Of a stretch of 64,000 nucleotides of DNA, positions 33,266 to 46,400 are shown one piece after another. Every line of letters starts with the position of its first letter. Positions within the stretch are counted from its first letter, which is position 1. Source of the DNA: Hemiscyllium ocellatum (lineage: Eukaryota); contig NC_083409.1 in NCBI RefSeq assembly GCF_020745735.1, positions 19,860,341 through 19,924,340 on the forward strand, given 5' to 3'. Both the position numbers and the translations under genes were made by a program. The notes beneath the pieces were generated by a model. That model was not told the origin of the DNA, did no database searches, and saw only the letters and a list, made by a program, of their open reading frames with translations.

Positions 33266-35233
33266 CCAATACCTGAGCTGCAAACCCCACATCCTCTCCA
33301 TCACGTAGGGCTCTTATTTCAGTCTTAACGACATTGTCCGTCTCTGCACTACCTCAGCCCCTTGACAACAGAAACCCTAATTCCTGTTTGTCCCGCCGTC
33401 TAAATATATGATTCCAATGTCCTCTCCCAGCTTCCTGAAGCCAAATCCCATAAACGCCAGCTTGTCTGATCTGGCGTGGTCTCTTCCCTGTCTTTCCATG
33501 TGTTGTTCCAGAATGACTCCTGACCTCACTGCCAGCCAATTGCCTCCATGGTCTTTCTCCTCCCTCACTCTGGGCACTGCAGCAGACTCACATTCCCTCC
33601 CTCCCCCTTCCATCTTCTCTCGCTGGTCTCCTGCCCATTGCTGCTTCCTCCATCCCACCATTGACAGCAGAGCCTTCAGACCACTAGAACTCTCTGACCC
33701 CTGTCTTTCATCCCACCCCCTCTCAATTGTTGTGCTATTGAATATACTGTTGAATGGCATTACTTTTGGTTCGCTGTTCCCTTGCCATTGATTTGCTGAT
33801 GTAGTCCAGTAAATCTAGTCTGGCGTGTTCCCTGAGTTGGTTCAAAAGCGTTTTGCTAGAGAAAACACTTTTCTGTAAACTGGGTTGTCTGTTTCTCCCA
33901 GTTTTTGTGTAAAGGTGAGACTAAGTGTGTGTAAGCTCTTATACAGCACAGACAGAGGTCACTTGGCCTATAGTGACTGTTAGTCAAATTAGTCCAATGA
34001 GTCCCATTTACCCAGCCCTTCCTGTAAAACCCTGCAATTGTTTCCTTTTCAGCTATTTCTCGAAATACCCTTTTGAAAGTTGCTGTTGAATCCACTTCCA
34101 CTCACCTTGCAGACAGTCACCATGAACTCGCTGGATAAAAATGTTTCTATCTTCTCTCTTGTCCTTCAGACCCTTTCTGAAATGTGTGCCCTCTGTTTAC
34201 TGACCCTCCTGCCAGGAGAAACAATTTGTCCTGCATCCCAACTCTCCAATTGAGAACCCCTCATTGAGTGAGACCTATTTCCAGCACAGGGGGAGAACAT
34301 TCAGCCTGTCAGGGAAATGCTGTCATTTCATGGAGCAATCCAGTCAGTCCCACCCCTTCCCCTCGACCCCTAGAGCCTTGCAGGTTTATTTCCATCAAGA
34401 GCCCATTCAATCTGCCATTGCAATACCTGAGTTTCTTCACTTGCCTCACCTGAATGGGCACTAATTTCGAAGTCATTGCCAATTGCTGCTAAAAGCAAAG
34501 TCCTTCCTGACATCCTGTATCTCTTGCCCAACAAAATGCAAGTTATTCTCAATGTGAAGATGGGATTTTGTCTCTACACGGACTGTGCGGTGGTCACTCT
34601 TACTGATACTGTCATGGACAGATACACCAGCAGCAGGCAGGTTGGTGAGGGTGATAGTGAGTATGTTGTTCCCTCTTGTTGGTTCCCTCACCACCTGCCC
34701 CAGGTCCAGTCTCGCAGCTGAATCAGGTGGAACTTGACCAGCTTGCTCAGTAGTGATACTTCTGAGCAACTCTTGAAGGTGGACTTTGAAGTCCCTTACT
34801 CAGGGTATATCCTGCATCCTTCCCTCCCTCAGTGCTCCCTCCAAGTGTTGTTCAATATGGAGGAGGACTGACTGCTCAGTTGAGGTTGGAGCGGAGGGCA
34901 GTGCTATGTGGTAATCAGCAGGAGGTTTTCTTCCCCATGTTTGACCTGCTGTCATGAGGCTTCATGGGTTCCATAGTTAATGGTGAGGACTCCCAGGGCA
35001 ATTCCCTTCTGACTGTACACACCACTGTGTTGCTTCCCCTGCTTGGTCTATCCTGCCAGTTAAAAACTGAATGAGGGAAGAATTCTGTGCAGGTTTCACA
35101 GCTTGGAGACAGAGCTGCTGCTGGATTCTGTTTCTAATCTCCAAGTGCAGGCGTGTGTGTTTGTGAGAGAATGACTGACACTTTTTCCATCACTGTGCTG
35201 TTTCTGAAAAGAAAAATCCCAGAACCAGCCTCC

Positions 35234-35500
35234 TGTGCTGTCAGGTTCTCGGGAGTGCAGACAGTTCACAGTTTTCTCCCGTCTCAGTAACAAACATCCA
35301 GCTGCTCCGAGCTCTTTATTTCACTTCCTCTTTTGGTGAAGTTTCAACCTTGCGATCTGACAGTCTTTGCAGTTATTTTTTACACTGGGGCTTTCTGCTG
35401 TGGTCAGAATCTCTAATAATAAGTGTCTGATCAGTGACAATCACAGCAACTAAGAGCAGTCAGGACTGAGGAGCCAGGCTCACTGGGAAACACATTGGGA
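35234..35500 (-). promoter_or_regulatory. Module B copy 2: candidate lymphoid enhancer or promoter
   Basis: GAGGAAGTGAAA (35330-35319), CAGCTG and TGTGGTC are retained; CCAAT is mutated to CTGAT. Confidence 0.55.
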
Positions 35501-36139
35501 AGATCAAAGCCATTCCTCTTCAGCTCCCGGTACAAACTCTATCCCTCTCCCTGAGCACTGTCTGCTGCTCAACCAGACTCTTTACAAACTTGGCCTCATC
35601 TTTGGGGCTGATCTGAGCACCATATCCTCCATCTCACAAAGATCAGCAACTGAAAATCTCTGTCATGTGCATGGGACTCCAAACATGACCATACCAATGT
35701 TGTGCTTGCACACATCACAGCCACTGCCCTCCGTAACCTTCAGCTCATCCCAAATTCTGCTGCCCCATATCTAAACTCGTATCAAATCCCATTCCTCCAA
35801 CCCCCTGCGCCCTGTGCCTACATTGGCTCCTGGTCCAGCAACACCTTGATTTTCAAATTCTCATCCTTGTTCTCAAGTCCTTCCCTGTCCTCCACTCTCC
35901 CTATCTCTGTAACCTCCTCCAAACTGCCTCACTCAGTGTGATCAACAATCTTGGATATATGGCTGTCTATTCCTTCATCCAAGTCATTTAGAAATATCGT
36001 GAAATGCTGAGGTTCTAGCCCAATTCCCTGGTGACACCACTACCCACATTTTGCTCATTGGAGAGCACACACATTATCCCTCCTCTCTGTCTCCTACCTC
36101 CAAACTAATTTCTGACCAAAGATAAATACTTTTCTCTAA

Positions 36140-37190
36140 CTGGCGAGAATGGGAGAAAGCAGAGGGACATAGTGGAAGGATACTTGTCAGACTGGAGGCC
36201 TGAGTCTAGTGGAGTGCCTCAGGATTGATGCTGGGCCCATGATTGTTTGTTATCAATATCAATGATTTAGAAGACATTACAATAGCTGGTATTGTGGATA
36301 ATGAGGAAGGTTATCAGATATTGTAACAGGACCTTGATCAGCTGTGGAAGTGGGAAAAGAAATGATAAATTGAGTTTAATGTAGATAAGTATGAGGTCTT
36401 GCATTTTGGAAAGTTAAATCAAGGTAGGAGTTTCATGGTGAATGGAAAGGCCTTAAGGACTGTAGTGGAACAGTGGGATCTCGGAGTTCAGGTGCACAAT
36501 TCTCTGAAAGTTGAGTCACAGTTAGACAGGGCAGTGAAGAAGGCTTTTGGCACACTGGCCGTCATCAGTCAGGGCACTGGGTGTAGAAGTTGGGAAGTTA
36601 TGTTTCAATTGTACATGACGTTGGTGAGGCTGCACTTGGAGTATTGCGTTCAGTTTTGGTCACCTTGTTATATGAAGGATATTATTAAACTGGAAAGAGT
36701 GCAGAATAAATTTACAAGGATGTTGCCAGGTTTCAACATCTAAGTTTTTGGGAGAGGTTGGACAAGCTAGGACATTTTTCTGAAGAGTGTCGGAGACTTA
36801 AGGGGAATCTTTTAGAAGTGTATAAGATCTTGAGAGACATGGATAGGGTGACTGCACTCAGTCTTTGTCCCAGGGTTGGGGAATCAAGGACTAGAGGGCA
36901 TCAGTTGAAGGTTAGAATAAACGGGAACCTGAGGGGCAACATTTTTACACAGAGGGTGGTACTCGTATGGAATGAGCTGCCAGCCGAAGTGATTGAGGTG
37001 GGTACATTCACAACATTTAAAAGGCATTTGGACAAATACATAGATAGTATGCAATTTGAAGGATATGGACCAAGTGCAGGGAAATGGGGTTAGTGTAGAG
37101 GGATATTTTGGTCAGCACGGTCCAGTTTGGGCCAAAGGGCCTGTCTCTGTGCTGTAGGACTCGATGACTCTGTGACTCTATAATTCCATA
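36140..37190 (+). mobile_element. CR1 3' part specific to copy 2
   Basis: ORFs 36399-36743 and 36758-37093. Absent at the paralogous site in copy 1 (~16010-16030). Confidence 0.85.
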
Positions 37191-38489
37191 TGTTTCCATG
37201 TTTATGAACAGTCTCTCAAACATAGAAACAAAGCAACTAGGAGCAGGAGGAGGCGATTCAGCTCTGCCAGTCAATATGACCATGGCTGATCATCCAACTT
37301 AGTCCCCTGTTCCCACTTTTTCTCCATAATCCCTTTAATCCCTTTCGTCCTAAGATCTTTACCTGTCGCCTTCTTGAAAACATTTCATGTTTTGGGCTCA
37401 ACTGCTTTCTGTGACAGAATATTCCACTCGCTTCCCACTCTCTGGCTAAAGAAATGTCTCCTCATCTCAGTCCGAAATGGCCTTTCCCTTTTCTTCAAAC
37501 TGTAATTCCTGGTTCTGGACTCTCCAGTCATCAGGAACACAATTCCCGTGTTTACCTGTCTTATCCTGTTAGGATTTTACAGGTTTCAATGTGATTCCTC
37601 TCAAATTTCTAACCCCCAGTGAATATAATCCTAACTGATCCAGTTTCTCATCAGATCTATGTGCTGTCCTCCCAGGAATCAGTCTGGTAAACCTTCGCTG
37701 TCCTCCCTCCACAGCCAGAACATCCTTCCTCAGATAAGGAGACCAAAACTGCACACAACAGAAACATAAAATCACACAGTGTAGAAGAGGCCCTTCAGCC
37801 CATTAACTGTGTACCAGCCAAACTACACTAAACCTACACCAGTCCCACTTTCCAACATGAGGCCCATAGCTTGAATGTTCTGATATTTCAACTGTTCACC
37901 CGAGTACTTTTTCAAGTTTGTGAGGTTTCCCACCTCAACTCCCCTCCCAGGCTGTGCATTCCAGACACCCACCACCCTCTGGGTAAAAAACACTTTCCTC
38001 AAAACATCTTGAAACCTCCTATCTTTCAGACTGAGTGTGAGCCAACTTGTTATTGACCCTCCCAAGAAGGAGAACAGCTGCTTTCTCTCCTCCCTGTCCA
38101 TTCCCCTCATAACCTTATACACCTTGATCAGGTCCCCCTCCACCTTCTCTGCTCTGAAGAAAACAACCCGAGATGATCCAATTTCTCTTCATCACTGAAA
38201 GGTTCCATCCCACACAACATCCTGGTGATTCCCCTCTGCACCCCATCCAGTGCAATCACATCTTTCCTACAGTGTGGTGACCTGAACTGCACACAGTACT
38301 CCAGCTGTGGCCTCACCAATGTTCAGCTTAACTGGAGCATATCCTCCTGCTTTTATAACCGATACCTGACATGACAAAGGCAAGTGTCCCCTCTGCCTTC
38401 ATAACTGCTCTGTTAACCTGTCTTGCCATATTCAGGGATCAGTGGAGAAGCACCCCAAGATCACTCTGTTCCTTAGAGCTTCCTCAGTT

Positions 38490-41400
38490 CAAAGAACAAA
38501 GAGCAATGAAAATTACAGCACAAGAACTGGCCCTTCGGCCCTACTAGCCTGCACTGGTCCATATCCTCCATCTAAATCTGTCATCAATTTTACAAGGGTC
38601 TATCTCCCTTTGCTCCCTGTCCATCCATGTATCTATCTAGATATATCTTGAATGATGGTCTTGTGCCTGCCTCTACCACCTCCACTGGCAATGTGTTACA
38701 AGATCAATCACCCCCTGTGTGAAGAACTTTCCATACATATCTCCTTTCAATGTTTCCACTCTCACTTTGAACTCATGACCCAGAGCAATTGAGTCCCCCA
38801 CTCTGGGAAAAAGCTTCTTGCTATCCATCCTGTCTATACGTCTCATGATTTTGTAGACCCCAATCAGGTCCCCCCTCAACATTCGACTTTCTAATGAGAA
38901 TAATCCTAATCTACTAAGCATCTCTTCGTAGCTAGTGCCCTCCATACCAGGCAATCCTGGTGAAACTCCTCTACACCCTCTCCAAAGCATCCACATCTTT
39001 TTGGTAATGTGGCAACCAGAACTGTACACAGTATTCCAAATCTGGCCAAGCCAAAGTCTGATATAATTCTAATATGACCTTTCAACTCTTGTACTGAATA
39101 CCACGTCTGGTGAAGGAAGGTATGCCATATGCCTTCTTGACCACTCTGTCGACCTGTGTTGTCACCTCCAGGGTACAATGGACCTGAACACCCAGGTCTC
39201 TCTGGGCATCAATTTTCCCAGTGTGTTCCATTCACCGTACAGTTTACTCCAGATTTGGATCTTCCAAAATTCATCAGATCGCATTTGCCTGGTTTGAACT
39301 CCATCCATCCGTTTCTCTGCCCAACTCTCCAATCTGTCTATATTCTGCTACATTCTCTGACAGTCCCCTTCACTATCTGCTACTCCACCAATATTAGTGT
39401 CATCTGGAAACTTGCTAATCAGACCACCTATACCTTCCTCCAGATCATTTATGTCTTTCCAAAACAAGAGCGGTACCAGCACGGATTCCTGTTCTCCATT
39501 TTGAGAAACTCCTTCCACTACTACTGTCTGTCTTCTGTTGCCCAGCCTGTTCTCTCTCCATCTAGTGAGTACACTCTGGACCCCATGTGACTTTAATTTC
39601 TTTATCAGGCTGCCATGGTGAACTTTATCAAACGCATTCCTGAAATCCATGTGTATGACATCCACAGCCCTTCCCTCATCAATCAACTTCATCACTTCTT
39701 CAAAAGATTGTATAAAGTTGGTAAGACATGACATCCCCTGCACAACTTCATGCTCCCTATAACTGATAAGTCAATTTTCGTCCAAATGTAAATAGATCTT
39801 ATCCCTCAATATCTTCTCCAGCAGCTTCCCTACCACTACATCAGGCTCACTGATTGATAGTTGCCTGGATTATCCTGGCTACCCTTCTTAAACATTAGCA
39901 ATTCTCCAATCCTCTGGGACCTCATCCATGTTCAAGGTTGCTACAAAGATATTGATTAAGGATCCCAGCTATTTCCTCTCTTGCTTTCCTCAGTAACCTG
40001 GGATCGATCCCATCCTGACCTGGGGACTTGTGCACCTTGATGCCTTTTAAAATACCCAACACTTCCTCCCTCCTTAAACCGACTTGACCCTGAGTAATCA
40101 AACACCTATCCCCAACTTCAACATCTGTCATTTCCCTCTCCTTGGTGAATACCGACGTAAAGCACTCATTAAGAATCTCATCCATTTTCTCGGACTCCAC
40201 ACATAACTTTCCTCCTTTGTCCTTGAGTGGGCCAACCCTTTCTCTAGTCACCCTCTTGCTCCTTATATATGAATAAAAGGATTTGGGATTTTCCTTAATC
40301 CTGTTTGTAAATGATATTTTGTGACCTCTTTTTGCCCTTTTAATTCCTCACTTCAGATTGGTTCTACTTTCACGATATTCTTCTAAAGCTTTGTCTGTTT
40401 TCAGGTACCTAGACCTTATATATGCATCCTTTTTCCTCTTAGCTAGTCTCCCAATTTCATCTGTCATCCAGCGTTCCCTAATTCTGCCATTTCAATCCCT
40501 TATTTTCACAGAGACATGTCTGTCCTGACTCTAGTCAACCTTTCTTTAAAAGCCTCCCACATATCAAATGTGGATTTCCCTTTAAACAGCTGCTCCCAAT
40601 CCACATTCCCCACCTCCTGCCAAATTTTGGGATAGTTGGCATTCCTCCACTTTAGCCCTCTTCCTTGAGGATCACTCTCACCTTTGTCCATGAGCATTCT
40701 AAAACTTATGGAATTGTGGTCACTGTTACCAAAGTAGTCCCTGACTGAAATTTCAACCACCTGGCCGGACTCATTCCCAACACCAGTCCAGTCTGGCCCC
40801 TTCCTGAGTTAGACTATTTCCACATTACTCTGTAAAATCCTCCTGGATGCTCCTTACAAATTCTGCTCTATCTTAACTTCTAACATGAAGTGAATCCCAG
40901 TCAATGTTGGGAAAATTAAAATCTTCCATCATCACCACCTTGTTACTCCTACATCTTTCCATAATCTGTTTCCATATTTGTACCTCTATCCCATGTTCAC
41001 TGTTAGGAGGCTTGTAGGATAGCACCAACATTGTTGCTGCACCCTTCCTGTTTCTGAGCTCTGCCCATATTGCCCCACTGCTCGAGTCCTCCATAGTGCC
41101 CTCCTTCAGCACACCTGTGATATCCTCTCTGACCTCTAATGCAACTCCTCCATCCCTTTTACCTCCCTCTCGAACCCATCGGATACATCTGTATCCTGGG
41201 ATATTTAGTTAACAATCTTGCCATTCCCTCAACCAAGTCTCAGTGATAGCAATAACACCATACTCCCAGATAATAGTCCAAGCCCTAAATTCCTCTGCCT
41301 TACCTACTACACCTCTCACATTAAAACAAATTCACCTCAGACCATCTGTCCCTTTGCGTTCATCATCTGCTCCCTACCTACTCTTAACCTTAGTCACGCT

Positions 41401-42010
41401 GACTTCAATATCTAGTTCCTGACAGGCTTTAGTTACTCCCTCCTTATTGCCCACTAACCTCCTCATTTGGTTCCCATTCCTCTGCTACACTATTTTGAAC
41501 CCTCCCCAAGAGCGTGATCAAACACATCCCACAGGACACTGGTTCCAGTCCTGCCCAGGTGTAGACCGCTCAATTTGTAATTGTCCCACCTCCCCAGGAA
41601 TCAGTCCCAATGTCCCAAAAATCTGAACCCCTCCCTCCTGCACCATCTCTCAAGCCACGCATTCATCCTGCCTATATTTTCATTTCGACTCTGACTAGCA
41701 CATGGCACTGGGAGCAATCCTGAGATTACTACCTCTGAGATCCTACATTTTAATATGGTTCCTAACTCCCTAAATTCTGCTTGTAGGACCTCATTCCATT
41801 TATTACCGATATCATTGGTGCCTACATGAACCTTCACAGCTAGCTGTTCACCTCCCCCTTCAGAATGTCCTGCAGCCGATCTGAGACATCCCTGACCCGT
41901 GCAACTGGGAGGCAACATGCTATTCGTGAGTCTTGTTTTTGACCAAAGATCCGCCGATCTATTCCCCTTACAAAGTCCAAACAAACCATATCCACGGGCA
42001 CCGCCCCCCC
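38490..42010 (-). mobile_element. Near full-length CR1 (ORF1 esterase, APE, RT), inactivated
   Basis: VKVHVGTNDIG..VVISGLLPVP (ORF1), SYKPPN..EDFNFPNIDW (APE) and HMDFRNAFDKVHH..KFPDDT (RT). Confidence 0.88.
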
Positions 42011-42882
42011 CCTTATCAAATCCACTCACTACATCCTCACACAATTCCAGTCGATTTTTTAAGCATGATTTCCCTTTCGAAAATCCATGCTGACTCTGTC
42101 CAGTTCTGCCACTGTTTTCAAAGTGCTAAGCTATAAAATATTTTATAATGAACTTGAGCATTTTCTCCACTGCTGACTTCCGGCTAATTGGTCTAAAATT
42201 TTTTATTTTTCCTCTCTATCTCTCTCTCTCTCTCTCTCTTTTTCAATAGACGTGTTAAATTAACTCCCTCCATTTTGTAGGACCTAGTCCACAATCGACA
42301 AACAGATAACCATCAATGGTTCTAATATTTTCCAAACACTTCCTGAAGCACTCCTGAAAATAGATTATTTGGCCCTACTGATTTAACACACTTTAGTTTT
42401 CCCAGAACCATTTTCCTCCAACAACTGATTTCCTTCAGCTCCTTCCTCTGATAAAATCCCAAGTTCACCAAAATGTCTGAGATTTATTTGAGAATTCATT
42501 TGTGCAGAAAGATCCAGAATATGTTTATCTGTCATCTCTTTGTTCCAACTATAACATTATAACACTTGTGCAGAACTTCCTTGAATGTCATCTGGACGTC
42601 CATATAAACAACACATTCCCTTATCTCACACATGAGTGACCTCGTTAAAACATGTAACCAGGTTAGTTAAAGATGTCTGACCCTTTTAAATCCATGCTGA
42701 CTTCGTCTGATCTGTTCACATTTGTCAGACATTCTGTCTCTAAAACCAGATCTAATTACTTCCCAATAATAGACATTCAACAGAGATAAAAACAATGACT
42801 GCAGATGCTGGAAACCAGATTCTGGATGAGTGGTGCTGGAAGAGCACAGCCATTCAGCCAGCATCCGAGGAGCAGCGAAATC

Positions 42883-42910
42883 GACGTTTCGGGCAAAAAC
42901 CCTTCATCAG
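42883..42910 (-). ncRNA. Minimal hammerhead-ribozyme-like motif in a Penelope terminus
   Basis: CTGATGA-A-GGGT-TTTT-GCCC-GAAA-CGTC, with a palindromic ACGT stem III. Stem I is weak and activity is untested. Confidence 0.55.
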
Positions 42911-43237
42911 GAATAAAGGCAGTGAGCCTGAAGCGTGGAGAGATAAGCTAGAGGAGGGTGGGGGTGGGGAGAAAGTAGCATAGAGTACAAGCAAATGTGG
43001 CTGTGGGAGCGAGTTTGTTTCATGACATGGTTGAAGAGCTTCTCTCTACAAGAATCTCAGGGAGTCCCTCTCCCACTGCAACTCCCAGGTCATTTCCTCT
43101 GCCCTGAAGCTCTTCAAACATGTCATGAAACAAACTCGCTACCACAGCCACATTTGTTTGTCCTCTATGCTACTTTCTCCCCACCCCTACCCTCCACTAG
43201 CTTATCTCTCCATGCTACAGGGTCACTGCCTTTATTC

Positions 43238-43265
43238 CTGATGAAGGGCTTATGCCCGAAATGTC
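43238..43265 (+). ncRNA. Minimal hammerhead-ribozyme-like motif in a Penelope terminus
   Basis: CTGATGA-A-GGGC-TTAT-GCCC-GAAA-TGTC; activity untested. Confidence 0.5.
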
Positions 43266-43404
43266 GATTTCACTGCTCCTCAGATGCTGGCTGAATGGCT
43301 GTGGTCTTCCAGCATCACTAATCCAGAATTCAATGGAGATGTTCATTGTGAGTGAGGTTAGTAAACAGCTAGTACTGACACAAGGGTCTGAACAGCCTCC
43401 TCCT

Positions 43405-46400
43405 AGAGTCATAGAGTCATAGAGATGTACAGCATGGAAACAAACCCTAAGGTCCAACTTGTCCATACCGACCAGATATCCCAACCCAATCTAATCCCAC
43501 CTGCCAACACCTGGCCCATATTCCTCCAAACCCTTCCTATTCATATACCCATCCAGATGCCTTTTAAATGTTGCAATTGGACCAGCCTCTGCCACTTCCT
43601 CTGGCAGCCCATTCCACACTCGCACCACCCTGTGCGTGAAAAAGTTGCTCCTCAATTCTCTTTTATATCTTTCCCCTCTTACCCTAAACCCATGCCCTCT
43701 ATTACTGGACTCCACCACCTCAGGGAAAAGACTTGGTCTCTTTGCCCTGTCCATGCCCCTCATGATTTTGTAAACCTCTGTACGGTCACCCCTCAGCAGG
43801 GACCTCTGTAAGGTCACCCCTCACTCAAGGGAAAACATCCCTAGCCTATTTAACCTCTCCCTATAGCTTCAATCCTCCCATCCTGGTAACATCCTTGTAA
43901 ATCTTTTCTGAACCCTTTCTAGTTTGACAACATCTTTCTGATAGGAAGGAGACCAGAATTGAACACAATACTCCAAAAGTGGTTTAAGTGACCTCCCAAC
44001 ACCCATACTCAATTCTCTAACCAATAAAGGAAAGCATACCAAATGTCTTCTTCATTATCCTACATACCTACGACTCTACATTCAAGGAGCTATGAACATG
44101 CACTCCAAGGTCTCTTTGTTCAGCAACACTCCCGAGAACCTTACCATTAAGTGTACAAGTCCTGCTTAGATTTGCTTTCCTAACTGCAGCACCTTGCATT
44201 TATCTGAATTAAACTCCACCTGCCATTCCTCAGCCCATTGGCCGATCGGATCAAGATCCTGGTGTAATCTGAGGTAACCTTCTTCGCTGTCCACTACACC
44301 TCCAATTTTGGTGTCATTTGCAAACTTACTAACTCTACCTCCTATGTTCAGATCCAAATCATTTATGTAAATGACAAAAAGTAGATGCCCCAACACCAAT
44401 CCTTATGACACTCCACTGGTCACAGACCTCCAGTCTGAAAAACAACCCTCCACCACAACCCTCTGTCTTCTACCTTTGAGCCAGTTCTGTATCCAAATGG
44501 CTAGTTCTAACTGTATTCCATGAGATCTAACCTTGCTAACCAATCTCCCATGGGGAACCTTGTCGAATGTCTTACTGAAGTTCATACAGATCCAGTCTAA
44601 CGCTCTGCCCTCATCAATTCTTTCTGTTACTTCTTCAAAAAACTCAATCAAGTTTGTGATTCATGATTTCCCATGCACAAAACCATGCTGACTATCCCTA
44701 ATCAGTCTTTGCCTTTCCAAATATATGGACAATCTGTCCCTCAGGATTCCTTCCAATAACTTCCTCACAATCGACATCTGGCTCACTGGTCTACAATTCC
44801 CTGGCTTGTCCTTACCACCTTTCTTAAGTAGTGGCACCAATTAGTGAACCTCCAGTCTTCTGGCACATCATCTGTGACTATTGAAGATACAAATATCACA
44901 GTAAGAGGCCCAGCAATCATTTCCCTAGCTTCTGACAGAGTCCTAGGGTATATCTAATTAGATCTTGGGGTTTTTATCCACTTATATGCATTTAAAGACA
45001 TTTAGCACCTCCTCGTCTGTAATATGAACATTTTTCAAGATGTCACCATCTATTTCCCTACATTCTATATCTTCAATATCCTTCTCCACAGTTAAAGTGA
45101 AGCAAAATATTCATTTGGTATCTGCCCCATCTCCTGCAGCTCCATACAAAGGTCACCTTGTTGATCATTGTGGGGCCCTATTCTCTCCTTAGTTACCCTA
45201 TTGTCCTTAATGTATTCATAAAACCCTATTTGCCAAAGCTATCTCATGTCGTTGCCCTCCTGATTTCCATTTGAAGTATACTCCTACTGCCTTTGTATCC
45301 ATCTAAGGATTCACTCAATCTATCCTGTCTATACCTGACATATGCTTCATTCTTTTTCTCAACCAAACCCTCAACTTCTCTCATCATCCAATATTCCCTA
45401 CACCTACCAGCCTTTCCTTTCACCGTAACTAGAATATAATATCTCTGGACTCAAGTTAGCAGAGGGATTGAATTCAAGAGTCGTGAAGTGATGTTGCAGC
45501 TGTACAGGACTTTGGTTAGGCCACATTTGGAGTACTGTGTGCAGTTCTGGTCGCCTCACTTTAGGAAAGATGTGGAAGCTTTGGAGCGGGTGCAGAGAAG
45601 ATTTACAAGGATGTTGCCTGGAATGGAGAATAGGTCGTACGAGGATAGGTTGAGAGTTCTCGGCCTTTTCTCATTGGAACGGCGAAGGATGAGGGGTGAC
45701 TTGATAGAGGTTTATAAGATGATCAGAGGAATAGATAGAGTAGACAGTCAGAAACTTTTTCCCCGGGTACAACAGAGTGTTACAAGGGGACATAAATTTA
45801 AGGTGAAGGATGGAAGGTATAGGGGAGATGTCAGGGGTGGGTTCTTTACCCAGAGAGTGGTGGGGGCATGGAATGCGCTGCCCGTGGGAGTGGTAGAGTC
45901 AGAATCATTGGCGACCTTTAAGCGGCAATTGGATAGGTACATGGATGGGTGCTTAATCTAGGATAGATGTTCGGCACAACATCGTGAGCCGAAGGGCCTG
46001 TTCTGTGCTGTATTGTTCTATGTTCTATGTTCTAAGTTATCTCATTTCTGAAGGCTTCCCATTTTCCAGCTGTCCCTTTACCTGCGAGCAACTGCCCCCA
46101 ATCAGCTATTCAGAGCTCTTGCCTGATACTGGCAAAATTAGCCTTCCTCCAATTTAGAACTTCAACTTCTGGATCTGGTCCATCCTTTATCATCACTATT
46201 TTAAAATGAATAGAATTATGGTCGCTGACCAAAAGTGGTCCTCCATTGATTCCTCAGTCACCTGCCCTGCCTTATTTCCAAGAGTAGTCGAGCTTTGCAC
46301 CTTCTCTAGTAGGTACATCCACATACTGAATCGGAAAATTGTCTTGTACGCACTTAACAAATTCCTCTCCATCTAAACCCTTAAAACTATGGCAGTCCCA

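Larger units (their letters stand above)
42781..43327. mobile_element. Fold-back Penelope derivative (~235-bp inverted arms, ~55-nt loop) flanked by ATTCAA
   Basis: Arms at about 42817-43051 and 43106-43330. ATTCAA occurs at 42775-42780 and 43328-43333, with a single copy at the inverted paralogous site 58631-58636. Confidence 0.85.
30350..43400 (+). repeat. Segmental duplicon copy 2 (direct to copy 1), expanded by copy-specific LINE insertions
   Basis: CR1, CT tract, module A, 44-bp array, module B, L2 and CR1s occur in the same order as 10020-17200. The segment 42560-43400 matches 58560-58860 inverted. Confidence 0.8.

Noticed and set aside
33900-33927. Cryptic 12-RSS on the minus strand (CACTTAG-12-ACAAAAACT)
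   Set aside because: The heptamer matches only 4/7, and the adjacent 'coding' side is a CR1 3' tail rather than a V remnant. Probably chance.
45488-45961. Intact 157-aa ORF as a host gene
   Set aside because: It is the C-terminus of CR1 ORF2 in a 5'-truncated copy with a TSD and tail.
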